DNA from: Chiloscyllium plagiosum
Lineage: Eukaryota
Length of the DNA stretch: 53,810 nucleotides
Reading direction: 5' to 3'
Assembly: GCF_004010195.1 (NCBI RefSeq)
Contig: NC_057718.1
Coordinates: 97,467,644 to 97,521,453, forward strand
Made by a program: the position numbers and the translations under genes. Position 1 is the stretch's first letter. Every line of letters begins with the position of its first letter. Below are positions 38,591-50,249 of the stretch, piece after piece. The notes beneath the pieces are model-generated. The model saw nothing but the letters and a program-made list of their open reading frames with translations. It was not told where the DNA came from and ran no database searches.

Positions 38591-39636
38591 CGAAAAATTG
38601 TTTCTCTTTCATTTTGGCTCCTTTCTTAGTCCAATCAGACACATTTACTCTACTGCCTGACACGTTGAAGTAGAAATTAAGGGATTCAGTGCTTTTAACT
38701 TCCTTGTTCTCTGCTGGTGGGAATAGCTCAGTGCGATTGTCTGCTACTTGACATCACTGTTGTACCTGCCTCGAGATCACCTTGACGTGGCGTTGGACTT
38801 AACCTGCCAATGGGAAGGGGTGAAACCATGTCACAGAGATCACTAGGCTGCAAAATCCCAGACTGTATAAATATACAGAATAAGTTATAAAATAAATAAT
38901 ACAAACTCAGCACAGTTCCGTTGAGAATGCCTCCAAATGGGCAAACACAACCACCTAGCAGGACAGGGGCAGCAAATTCACAGAAACGTGACCATCTAAA
39001 GGCTCCTCTCCGAGCCACACACCATCCTATCTTGAAACGGTGTGAAAGCTCCTTCACTGACAACGGAATCAAAATCCTGAAACTTTTCCCAGCAGCACTG
39101 GTGTAGGTTCACTTCGTGGACTGTGACAATTCATGATGCTGGCTTCTTCCCATCTGGTCACAGGGAATTAAGGTTCAACAATGGCAGGGAAAAGGATGGG
39201 TATGGGTGGGATGCTCTTTTGAGAGTCAGTGTTAACTCGATGGGCCAAATGGCCTGCTGTCACACTGTGGGGATTTTAATCAGTGATGTCCACTTTTCAT
39301 GAACGAGCTCTTTACAAAAAATCTGAATCCAATACTTGAAATCATTCGGTCACGTTCTGAAGTCATTATTTTTTTCTACATTTGTATTATTTAGACTCAC
39401 AACAAAGTAATTTCTTTTGCTGTGCAAGTTTTTAACTTTTTTTCATAATGGGCTGGACCTCTGGCAAAGAGGCAGGGAGGACGAATTGGGAAACCCCTGT
39501 TTCAACAAACCTGTCTCCTTTAAAAGGGTCGGCGCCACCGGCCATATTTTAATTTTGTTGTGACAAAAACGAGATGGAGTCAAGCGTGCCATCGCCAGAG
39601 GGAGTTGAGAGGCAGCACAGAGCTGAGGCAGCATAC

Positions 39637-39845
39637 AGTCATAGAGTCATAGAGATGTACATCATGGAAACAGACCCTTCGGTCCAACCCGTCCATGCTG
39701 ACCAAATATCCCAACTCAATCTAGTCCCACCTGCCCCAGGGAAAAGACTTTGCCTATTTACCCTATCCATGCCCCTCATAATTTTGTAAACCTCTATAAG
39801 GTCACCCCTCAGCCTCCGACGCTCCAGGGAAAACAGCCCCAGCCT
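39637..39845 (-). mobile_element. CR1 3' end with internal deletion
   Basis: (agtcatag)n tail, gaaacagacccttcggtccaac, ggtcacccctcagcctccgacgctccagggaaaacagcc. Confidence 0.8.
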
Positions 39846-40424
39846 GCAGTTGAATTAAAAAAAAACTTTTAATGATCTCATAGAGACTGCATGTAAGCAC
39901 ACTTGATAATACACTATCATTTATGACCCAAGTTAATCATCTCAAGTGGTGAATCTGATGTTAAAAATAATCAGTACACTGGCATCAAGGGTAGCTAATC
40001 CTTTAATGGCCTCTTAAATCTGCCATTCAATATGCCTATTTTCATTTTGTTGTGACAAAAACGAGATGGAGTCAAGCGTGCCATCACCAGAGGTCGCCCT
40101 GCTGACCTTTAGAAACAGAGCCAAGCATTCAGCTATAATAACAAATGTTAGGAAATATTAACAATGGAATTGCAAAACCAAATGGTTGGTGTTTCTTTCC
40201 AGGCTGCAGCAGATTGTTAATCAGTGTATTCCAGGAGCACTGCTCATTTTCTTTAATCTAAATGGTGGCTGCAGACTGATTTTTTTTTCAATGAAGAGTG
40301 TATTTTATTTCGAGTGTATTTTATTTTATTTATTACTTAAAACAGATTTCATATCTGCCCTTTGCAAATAGTTATGCCACCTTCATAAAATTATGATTCC
40401 TATATTTTGGGTTGAGGCTTTTGA

Positions 40425-40722
40425 TTAGATTAGATTCCCTACAGGGTGGAAACAGGCCCTTCGGCCTAACAAGTCCACACTGACCCTCCGAAGAGTAACC
40501 CCTCCAGACTCATTTCCTCTGACTGATGCACCTAATGCTATGGGCACTTTAGCTTGGCCAATTCACCTGACCTGCACATCTTTGGTCTGTGGGAAGAAAC
40601 CGGAGCAAACCCACGCAGACACGGGGAGAATGTGCACTCCACACAGTCACCTGAGGTTAGAATCGAACCTGGGACCGGGGTGCTGTGAGGTAGCAGTGCT
40701 AACCACTGAGCCAACGTGCCAC
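40425..40722 (-). mobile_element. HE1 V-SINE
   Basis: (gatta)n tail and reverse complement of the consensus seen in this window. Confidence 0.88.
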
Positions 40723-43099
40723 CCCAGAGGGGCTGTTTGAACTCAGCACCCATTTCAAATGACCCAACAGACTTGTGTTTCATGCCTGGGAGGTTCATAT
40801 CCCGCTCCTGTCCCCTGCTGGCAAAAGTGAGACTGCTGGAGCTGCAAGTGGACTTGCCACATTGAGGTCCTAGCTCCTTTTTTGAATGGTCCACTGTGTC
40901 AACTCAACTTGGAGATAAACCAGGCCAACATATCATTTCATTGCTGCCAACGTCCACATTGTTTCCTCTCCATTACTCAACGCATTTGGGGTTTTCAACT
41001 TTGCCAATGCTTGCGATTTATTTGCATGCCTGGACTTCTAAAGAATTGCATTTACTCATGACTCATGCAGAACAATTTAGATGTTATTTTCTTGAAAAAT
41101 CCAATAACAAAAGTAAGCAAGAAAGTAAATTCTCAAGATGTGAGTCATGAGAGATCTCTGACTGTTTCCTCATTAATGGCAGTGCATTAAATGTGTCAAC
41201 GTTCTGAGAATCTAGTCAAACATATTGATCTGTAATGTATGATTAGTCAGGTTTGTTGAAGCTCTGGGTCTCAAGCTCTGATATTATCAGAGGTTGTCAG
41301 CACAAAGGTTGGGAAAGGTGTCCCCAAGCTACCCAAGATATTTCACCCAATTCCAACTAAACCTGTTGGACTATCACCTGGTGTCATGTGACTTCTGACT
41401 TTGTCCGAAGTTGTGATACATTTCCGGAAGCACAATGCTCTTGGAAAAGGCAAACTTTGGAGAAGAGGAAGCAACTGAGATGTACGGTGTACCACTCTCA
41501 GGCAGACCAAGAAACAGATACTGGTGCTGGAGTGCATCAGTTGACAGGCCATCTTAGGAAGAAGGTGTTTGCCATCTCTTCTTGCAATTCCACCGTTAAT
41601 TTTCCCAGGGTTTGTTGTTAGAGCTGAGCCCATCATGAATATTTAGTTGAATACCAGGAGGTGTACACTTATCAGCTGGGAGCTGTAAAGGCATTTTGAT
41701 TGATAAATTTAATAGGTTATTAGAGGATGAGCTGTCTCTGATGTGGTTAATGGAGTAGATGTTTATTTTTGTCATTGTATTGTTTTATAATTCTGTACAA
41801 GGGAGAAGTTGTGTAGGTCCCAACCCAGGATTTAGCTAACAAAGCTAATTGTTTCCATAGCTCTGAACATTCTTGAACAGTAATCTAGTCATTTTCTGTT
41901 CTCCCTAAAAGTGAATTAACTATTCAGGCAACATGATGCCATTGTATTATTTTGGTGTGTTGTTACAGGCAGGGCACTGTCTGCCTTAAATATGGAAATG
42001 TGAGCACATTGTCTACTAAAAATGTTGCTTCCATTACTACTAGAGTTTAATTCTTCCATGAACATATGCGAGGCATAATGCCACTTATTGACACGCTGGT
42101 TAAGAATGCATTTGCAATACGGTTTCTGATCGTTTATGTCGGCATTTTGTTTTCATGTGAATTTTAAGATACCTTAAAACCAACACAAAACTGGAGAGTG
42201 GGATCAAGGTGCTTCATAATTTGATGTTCAGCCAATTTTGTGCCTACACTTAATGAAACCTGGTGTTATGATGGAAATAAAATATGCAATCAAAAAGAAA
42301 TGTTCATTAAGAATGATGGAACCACAGGTTAGTCACTGACTCATGTCTGTGCAGTTTCAAAGGATCAAAATGACTCTTCCTCCCTCTCATTGATTCAGTC
42401 TCTACGCTGTATCACAGTCCAGAGTCAATCCCCATTGGGAAGGTTACTGATTGTAATGGATTGACAAAGCCGACGAGCAATTTCCATCTCTCAGCCCTTA
42501 TTTAAATTGCCATAAGCTTCATTTTTCAACCCCGCTCTCACTTGTAAGCATAATGCAGTCATTAAAAGCAGCAGACACCTCTGACAAATTGTTTAGCTGT
42601 GTCCTCGGTCAGAGAATAAATGAAACATCATCCGGCCTGTGTAAAATGGATCCAACAGTATTAAAATGTATCCTGGGATAAGGGGATGGCACAGGAGTAT
42701 GATGTTGAAGTAGATCAACCATGGAATCATAGAATAGAGAAGCTCCTGCAGGCTACTTAGCCTACCACACCCCTACTTCCTAGTTCTGAAGAAGGATCAT
42801 TGACCCAAACCATTGATTCTGCTTTCTTTCTCCATAGATGATGCCAGACTTGCTGAGTTTCTCCAGCAAATTCTGTTTTTGTTTCTGAATCACTCGCCAT
42901 TGTTGACATCTTTAGCTTTGTACCTGCTCGGGTCCTCTATTCTGTGGTCAAATTGAATAACAACAACTTACATTCATGGAACACTGAAAACAGAGTAGGG
43001 AAGTCCGAAAGCACCCGACAGGAGCATTGTCAAACTGAATTTGACACCATGAAGACATTAGGACCGGTAATCAGAGGTTTGACCAAAGGGAGAGGGTTT

Positions 43100-44082
43100 A
43101 AGACCATAAGACATAGGAGCAGAAGTAAGCCATTCGGCCCATCAGGTCTGCTCTGCCATTCAATCATGGCCGCTACGTTTCTCAACCCCATTGTCCCGCT
43201 TTCTCCCCTTGACAATCAAGAACCTATCCATCTCAGTCTTAAATATGCTCAATGGCTTGGCCTCCACAGCCTTCTGTGGCAGTGAATTCCATAGGTCCCC
43301 CACTCTCTGGCTGAAGAAGTTTCTCCTTATCTCCATTCTAAGAAGTCTTCCCTTTACTCCATACTCCATACTTTTTTCCACGTATGGAGTCAGCTATTAC
43401 AAGGGGGCATAGCTTTAAATTAAGGGGGGTTAGGTATAGGACAGATGTTAGGGGTAGGTTCTTTACTCAGCGAGTCGTGAGCTCATGGAATGCCCTGCCA
43501 GTAGCAGTGGTGGACTCTCCCTCATTATGGGCATTTAAGCGGGCATTGGATAGACATATGGAGGATAGTGGGCTAGTGTAGGTTAGATGGGCTTGGATCG
43601 GCGCAACATCGAGGGCCGAAGGGCCTGTACTGCGCTGTATTCTTCTATGTACTCCAAGGCTGTGCCCTCGGGTCCTAGTCTCTCCTACCAATGGAAACAT
43701 CTTCCTAACATCCACTCTGCCCAGGCCAATCAGTATTCTGTAAGTTTCAGTTAGATTCCCCTCATCCTTCTAAACTCCATAGTATAGACACAGAGTCTTC
43801 AAATGTTTCTCATAGGTTAAGCTTTTCGTTACGGGGACCATTCTCTGAACCTCCTCTGAACACGCTCCAGGGCCAGTACATCCTTCCTGAGATATGGAGC
43901 CCAAACCTGCGCACAATACTCCAAATGTAGTCTAACCAGAGCCTTCTAGAGCTTCAGAAGTGCACCCCTGCTTTTATGTTCAAGTTCTCTCAAAATAAAT
44001 GCCAACATTGCATTTGCCTTCTGAGCTACTGACTCAACCTGCAAGTTCACCTTCAGAGAATCCTGGACTAGAACTCTCAAAG
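43100..44082 (-). mobile_element. CR1 LINE (minus) with nested plus-strand CR1 3' end (43362-43649)
   Basis: ORFs RRNFFSQRVGDLWNSLPQK (minus) and RGHSFKLRGVRYRTDVRGRFFTQRVV (plus). tactcca duplicated at 43355-43361 and 43650-43656. Confidence 0.85.
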
Positions 44083-44401
44083 GTTTAAACAGCATAAAAC
44101 AAATAGGAGAGAGACATAAAGAGATGGAGTGGGAAAACCAGAATTTAGGACATTGGCAGAAGGTCCAGTGGGAAGGTGAAAAATTGGAGATATGCAAGAG
44201 CTCAGTGTTGGAAGAGTGCAGGAATCTTGTAGATCTGGAAGAGGGTGGATTGAAAGGGAGGCCAGATCCTGATTACAGCACATGGCTTCTAGACCTCCAG
44301 TTAGTTTAAAGGTCTTGGCCCACTCATGAATGTCTTCACAATTTCTGATCTGGTGTCCAAGGATTTTGCTCAGTGCTTTTCTCTGCAATGTACCAATATT
44401 T

Positions 44402-44707
44402 TTTAGATTCCCTACAGTGTGGAAACAGGCCCTTCAGCCCAATCAGTCCACAGTGACCCTCCGAAGAGTAACCCACCCAGACCCATTTCCCTCTGACTAA
44501 TGCACCTAACACTATGGGCAAGTTAGCATGGCCAATTCACCTGACCTGCACATCTTTGGACTGTGGGAGGAAACCGGAGCACCGGAGGAAACCCACACAG
44601 GGAGAATGTGCAAATTCCACACAGACAATTTCCCGAGGCAGGAATTGAACCTGGGACCCTGGCGCTGTGAGGCAGCAGTGCTAACCACTGAGCCACCGTG
44701 CCGCCCC
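44402..44707 (-). mobile_element. HE1 V-SINE
   Basis: Full-length reverse complement. Confidence 0.9.
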
Positions 44708-45314
44708 ACAAGCAATTCCCACCAGGAGCCCTTCTAGCCTGCCCCCGGAGGTTTATGGCTGAGGGGCAAGCTACAGACTGGCCAGTGAGCTGGCCACTGA
44801 TATTTTCCACACCGCTGCTCTCATTAACATTCTCACTGTGGGACCATCGTAGGGGAATAGAGTTAGGAAACAGATCAACAACGATCAGCTTTTTCTTGTT
44901 CTTCTTTCACAGGATGTGGCCATCAATGCCTAGCAAAGGCTGGGATCTACTGTCCATCCCTTAAATGCCCTTGCACAATGTAGTTTACAAGGGCAGACCA
45001 TACCAATTGTTCACATGTAGCCCAGCCTGGTTACGAACAGCAGCATTCCTACCCTCAAGGACGATATTGAACAAGGCGGAGTTTATAACCAGAACTAGCT
45101 TTCAATTGCAGGTTTATTAATTGAATTGCAATCCCACCAACCAAATGCCTATAAGCCATTTTTTGCATTACATTTATCATATAATTAAAACCATTTCTCG
45201 CTGCCAGTGTAAGAAATGTAATACATGGAAAAATTTGCAGCCAATTACTCAAAAGACCATGAAAATTCTTGATCATGTATTTAATTTATTTAAAGTGTTT
45301 AAAAATAAAGCAAG

Positions 45315-45630
45315 TGGGAGACATGGTGGCTCAGTGGTTAGCACTGCTGCCTCACAGTGCCAGGGATCCGGGTTCGATTCCAGCCTTAGGCGACTGTGGT
45401 TGGCGTTTGCACGTTCTCCCCGTGTCTGCGTGGGTTTCCTCTGGGTGCTCCGGTTTCCTCCCACAGTCCAAAGGTGTGCAGGTCAGGTGAATTGGCCATG
45501 CTAAATTGCCCATAGTGTTAGATACATTAGTCAGAGGGAAAATGGTCTGGGTGGGTTACTCTTCGGAGGGTCAGTGTGGACTGGTTGGGCCGAAGGGCCA
45601 ATTTCCACACTGTAGGGAATCTAATCTAAT
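45315..45630 (+). mobile_element. HE1 V-SINE
   Basis: Full length with (tctaa)n tail. Confidence 0.9.
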
Positions 45631-47369
45631 ATGTATGATTAAAATTGAGCTCCTTGAGATTTCTGGCCTGCTTTCTTCTGTGTTGAAGATCCTTGACATT
45701 TCTTCAATGAACAGAATCTTAAAAGGTAGAGGCCATTTGGCCCATTGTACATGTGCTGGGTTTTTGAAAAAGCTATCTAATTAATTCCAATCTTCTGCTG
45801 TTTCTACAAAGCCTGACAAATTGTGCCTTTCCCATAATGTACATTACTTAGTACTTAATGAATTTGCGGCATGTTATTTTACAAATCACCAATGCTTCTA
45901 ACCTTTATTGTATTCGCTGATTTTCCCTGGATTTCCAACAACAAACTTTAGCGAGTGGCAAATGCCCTTTGACCATGGGTTTGTGACAGGGGGATTTTGG
46001 ATTATACCAATTGAAAGTAGTGCCTTCACAGTCAATGAAGTTTGGTTGAGGTACAGTTACCATTGTAGCATTGGAGACACAGCAACCAATTTATGCACAG
46101 CAAGCACCAAGTAACGACAGTGCGATAGTGACCAGATAATCCATTCTTTGGTGAAGATGTAGAGAGATAAACAGTTTCCAGTTTACTGTTAATTCAAGGA
46201 GTAGAGAGAACTTGACTCTGTATTCATCCCTGTGTTGGCCCTGCCCCAGAGGTGTTGTTTATGGGCAGCATCAAGGGAACTGCACCCTCTGTTAACTTCC
46301 CATCGAAAAAACAGAATGAGCTTTACTCGGTGCTTAATCCCTGTACTGGGAGTGTTTGATAGAGATGGTGTTGAGTCAGCTTTCCTTTTTTGTTTAAGAG
46401 AGGTTGAGGGATAAGTATTGGCCTGGACCCTCCGAAGAACGGCAGTCACAATCATGTTGCCACCTCTGCTCTTGTTATTTTTTGTCGTTAGGACAGAGTT
46501 CTACGTTTCTAGCCAAGAATTCCAATTCCAACACCTTTGGCAATTCGCAGCCTGGCTGAGATCAATCAGGTTAGGCCGTAATACAGGAAAGTTGGGTGGG
46601 AGGGGGGAGCTGGCGATACGAACCAGACTCTCTAAAGGCAGCAATCAGTGCACCGTTCTCCAAGATTGAAAGGTCCAGCATCAGGAAGAGAACCACTTTG
46701 ACGGCTGGGCTCAGGATGGTAATTGGTTCTGGGGTAAGGGTGTCAAGTCTAGTAAAAGGTTGTGTGCAAAGTGCCGGGGTGGGGGGGGAGGGGGGTATAG
46801 TATCAGAGGGCGACGGCAGGGATGGGAGTGGGCAGAGGTGTGGCGTATGCAGTGTCAGGTCTTTGTATAAGGTTGTGTGGAATCACATTGCCTTTGGGGA
46901 GGTTGCTGACCAGGAGTGGTTGTTAGGTCCGGATCCAGGCTGTGTTCAGGGTTAGGGGACATGTAAGTTGCACTGGGGTGAGTTGTGGGGTTAAGTTTAA
47001 CTGTTACCCAGGATTTAGCCTTGGCTTTTAATCCTCTAGCTTTTCCTGGGTAACTATTAGTTTGTCAGAAAGTGGGACTCTCCAATTCCTCAGATCTTGA
47101 TTGACTCTTTTGGAGGGTTCCAAATGCAGGGAAATTGCCCATTGGAACCATCAATGTCCTGGGAATTCTCGTAGAGTCAAGGATCTCACAGGATCTCAAC
47201 TGGCAACTCCAGTTTGTGCTGACCCGACAAGTGTCTGACCCTTGGAATATCGGACTATTGACCAGGACACAGGAGACAACTCCCTGCTCTTCTACACAGT
47301 ATGGATCATACAATTAAGGGCCTGGGCAGAGGTTGCTGTCCTTTGCTAACTGAGTGAGGCCCAATTCCC

Positions 47370-48070
47370 ATGGAAAAATGGTCACTCCCTCGTCAACTTC
47401 ACACTCCCCACCAGCTTCTCCACCACACCTGGTACCTTTCCCTGCAACCACAAGGAATGCAACACCTGTCCCTACCCTCCCCTCTCACCTCCATCCAAGG
47501 CCTCAAATAATCCTTCCAGGTCCAGCAGAGATTCACCTGCAATTCACCCAACCCTCATCTATTGTATCCACTGATCCCCATGTGGTCTTTTCTCTACTGG
47601 GGAGACCAAACACAGACTCAGGATTAGTTCACGGAGAACCTGCGCTCTGCATGCATCAACCAACCCAAGCTTCCAGGTGCTATCCATTTTAATTCCCCAT
47701 CCCACTCCCCAGCGACATATCCATCCTCCGCCTGCTCCACTGTCAGAGTGAGGCTAGATGTAAACTGGAGGAACAACATCTCATATTTCGCCTGGGGACC
47801 CTACAGCCCAATGGCCTCAATATTGACTTCACCAGCTTCAAAATCTCCCCATCCCCAGCCTAATCCCATGTCCAGCTCCTCCCCTCCTCCACCTTCCCAA
47901 CCTGACCTAACCTGCCCATCTTCCTACTCAGCTATCCCCTCCTCCCTTCCCACTCACCAATCACAATAACAACCTAGCTGCATCCACCTATCACCATCCT
48001 ACCGACCCTTCCCCCAACCCCAAAACCCCCCTCCCTCTGTATAATTCTGGGCTCCCCTCCCCCTCCCCAG
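47370..48070 (+). mobile_element. Penelope-like element 3' fragment (degenerate GIY-YIG region)
   Basis: acctttccctgcaac..tgcaacacctgtcc (CxxxxCxxC region), atctattgtatc...ggggagaccaaacacagactc (IYC...GETKHRL), gaggaacaacatctcatatttcgcctgggg (EEQHLIFRLG). Confidence 0.75.
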
Positions 48071-48074
48071 TCCT

Positions 48075-48380
48075 GACTAGGCTGGGGCTGTTTTCCCTGG
48101 AGTATCGAAGACTTAGGGGTGACTTTATAGAGGTCTATAAAATCATGAGGGGCTTGGATAGAGTAAATACCCAAGGAGGGTGGTGCATGTATGGAATGAG
48201 TTGCCAGAGGAGTGGTGGAGGCTGGTATAATTACAGCATTTAAAAGGCGTATGGATGAATAGGAAGGCTTTAGAGGGATATGGGCCAAGTGCTGGCAAAT
48301 GGGACTAGGATATCTGGTCGGCATGGATGAGCTCGACCAAAGGGTCTGTTTCCGTGCTGTACATCTTTATGACTCTATGA
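48075..48380 (+). mobile_element. CR1 3' end, followed by a family A repeat (48380-48480)
   Basis: CR1 tail ending tatgactctatga, running into aagggttttggcctgaaacgttgac. Confidence 0.75.
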
Positions 48381-48504
48381 TAAAGGGTTTTGGCCTGAAA
48401 CGTTGACTTTCCTGCTCCTTGGGTGCTGTCTGACTTGCTGTGCCTTTCTGAGCTCCACATCTGTTGACCCCGGGATCTGTTGCACACACCCTGCCCCCTC
48501 AAAG

Positions 48505-48690
48505 AGAGACAGACAGGGCTTTATTGCTTCATCTGAAAGGCAGCTCTCCCAACGATTCAGCACTCTGTCGGTACTGCTCTGGAAGGTTAGCTGGGGTGTT
48601 TGTGCTTCAGTCCTCCCTGTGGAACTGCAAGTTCTGTGTGTGGGACTATTGACTCGGAGATGGGACTACAAGCAACCGGACCACAATTTG
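48505..48690 (-). mobile_element. Degenerate DeuSINE-like element
   Basis: tcatctgaaaggcagctctcc...cagcactc..tcggtactgc resembles the recalled Deu-domain SINE sequence. Confidence 0.45.
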
Positions 48691-48966
48691 GAATTCCCCA
48701 TGGTGGGAATTCCAAAAAACCGACTATGTAGTTCCCTCCTTAGTTAAAAGTCTCTGGCTGTCCCTTCTTGTGAGCAATGTCTTGTGTTGGGCAGCGAATG
48801 TTGTTTTTCTCAGTGACTGGGTGGGTGCTAGTGGAATTGAACTTGAAAAGGTGCAACTGGGTTGAACTCACAAAAGGAATATCCAATTGCACCTCATTTC
48901 AGAGTATTCCGTAGTTGTTCCAATCTGACTGTAATCTACCGGGCTTTATTCTGTCCCTTCTTTCAG

Positions 48967-49133
48967 TGGTGCAAAGGACATACCGTATCTAACGGTAGAC
49001 CAGATGACAGAGTTCATCAATTCCAAGCAGAGAGACCCGCGTTTGAACGAGATACTGTACCCTCCAGTGAAACCAGAACAAGTGCAACAGCTCATCGAGA
49101 AATACGAACCAAACGCCGCACATGCGAAGAGAG
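48967..49133 (+). CDS. PLCB1: PLCB1-like internal coding exon, 167 nt (EF-hand region)
   Basis: Acceptor cttctttcag ending at 48966, donor gttggt at 49134. TA+T gives Tyr, then [55 protein letters not shown]+G, containing the PLC-beta hallmark [12 protein letters not shown]. Confidence 0.95.
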
Positions 49134-49399
49134 GTTGGTTTAATTTTTGGTTTTTATTCACGTGATTGCCTGCTCATGACGCTGCACAAGGAAGGTGCTT
49201 TATTGGGGTTCCTGTATTGTCAATGGATAGACATTGCATGAGTGATGCAGACTTTGGAGATAATGTATATCAATGTATGCCAACAAACTGGCATCAAAAG
49301 ACTCTGATAATATCCCCAATCGTGAGAACAAAGCTAGGTTAGTTATTAACATCTTTGTTTTCTGTGATATACAAGGAACAATGTAAGATATTCTGCACC

Positions 49400-49606
49400 A
49401 AAAAGAGTGGTGCTGGAAAAGCACAGAAGGTCAGGCAGTATCCGAGGACCAGGAGAGTCAACGTCATCAGGAACATTCCTGATGAAGGGTTTATGCCTGA
49501 AACTTTGACTCTCCTGCTCCTCGGATACTGCCTGACCTGCTGTGCTTTTCCAGCGCCACTCTTTTCAACTCTGACTCTCCAGCATCTGCAGTCCTCACTT
49601 TCTCCA
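49400..49606 (+). mobile_element. Family A Penelope fold-back
   Basis: Inverted aagagtggtgctggaaaagcacag / ctgtgcttttccagcgccactctt. ctgatga at 49479-49485. Confidence 0.85.
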
Positions 49607-49757
49607 TGTAGGCCATTCAGCCCAATGAGTCCACTCCATAATTCTGAGAGATCATGGTTGATCTGATAACCCTCGGCCCCACTTTTCCCCATCACGTTTG
49701 ATTCCCTTACTGATGGAAGGTCTGGCTCTCTCAGCGTTGAATAAACCGGACTACCCA

Positions 49758-50249
49758 GGCAAAAGTAAGGACTGCAGATGCTGGAAATCACAGCCTAGAT
49801 TAGAGTGGTGCTGGAAAAGCACAGCAGGTCAGGTAGCATCGAGAAGCAGGAAAATCAACGTTTCGGGCAAAAGCCCTTCATCAGGAATGGAGGCAGGGAG
49901 CCTCCAGAGTGGAGGGATAAATGGGAGGGGGGTGGGGCTGGGGAGAAGGTAGCCAAGAGTACAATAGGTGGATGGAGGTGGGGATAAAGGTGATAGGTCA
50001 GAGAGGACATGGTTGAGGACATGGTTGAAGAGCTTCAGGGCAGAGGAGATGGCCTGGGAGTTGCAGGGAGAGAGAGACTCACTGAGATCTTTGTAGAGAG
50101 AGGAGGAAAACTTCTTCAAGGGAGGCATAATTGCAAGAGGATTCGCAGTAAGGTTAAAATCAACTCGGCAAAAGTGAGGACTGCAGATGCTGGAAATCAG
50201 AGTCTAGATTAGAGTGGTGCTGGAAAAGCTTTTCCAGCACCACTCTAAT
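49758..50249 (-). mobile_element. Internally deleted Penelope-like element with two direct terminal repeats and a terminal palindrome
   Basis: ggcaaaagt(a/g)aggactgcagatgctggaaatca at 49758 and 50167. Palindrome at 50208-50249. actacccag occurs near both flanks. Confidence 0.75.

Noticed and set aside
47..45630. tRNA genes at the ggctcagtggttagcactg...ggttcgattcc motifs
   Set aside because: They are SINE heads that continue into the V-SINE core and LINE-derived tail.
48862..49143. 93-aa ORF overlapping the last exon
   Set aside because: Wrong frame. The PLC-beta peptide is in another frame bounded by splice sites.
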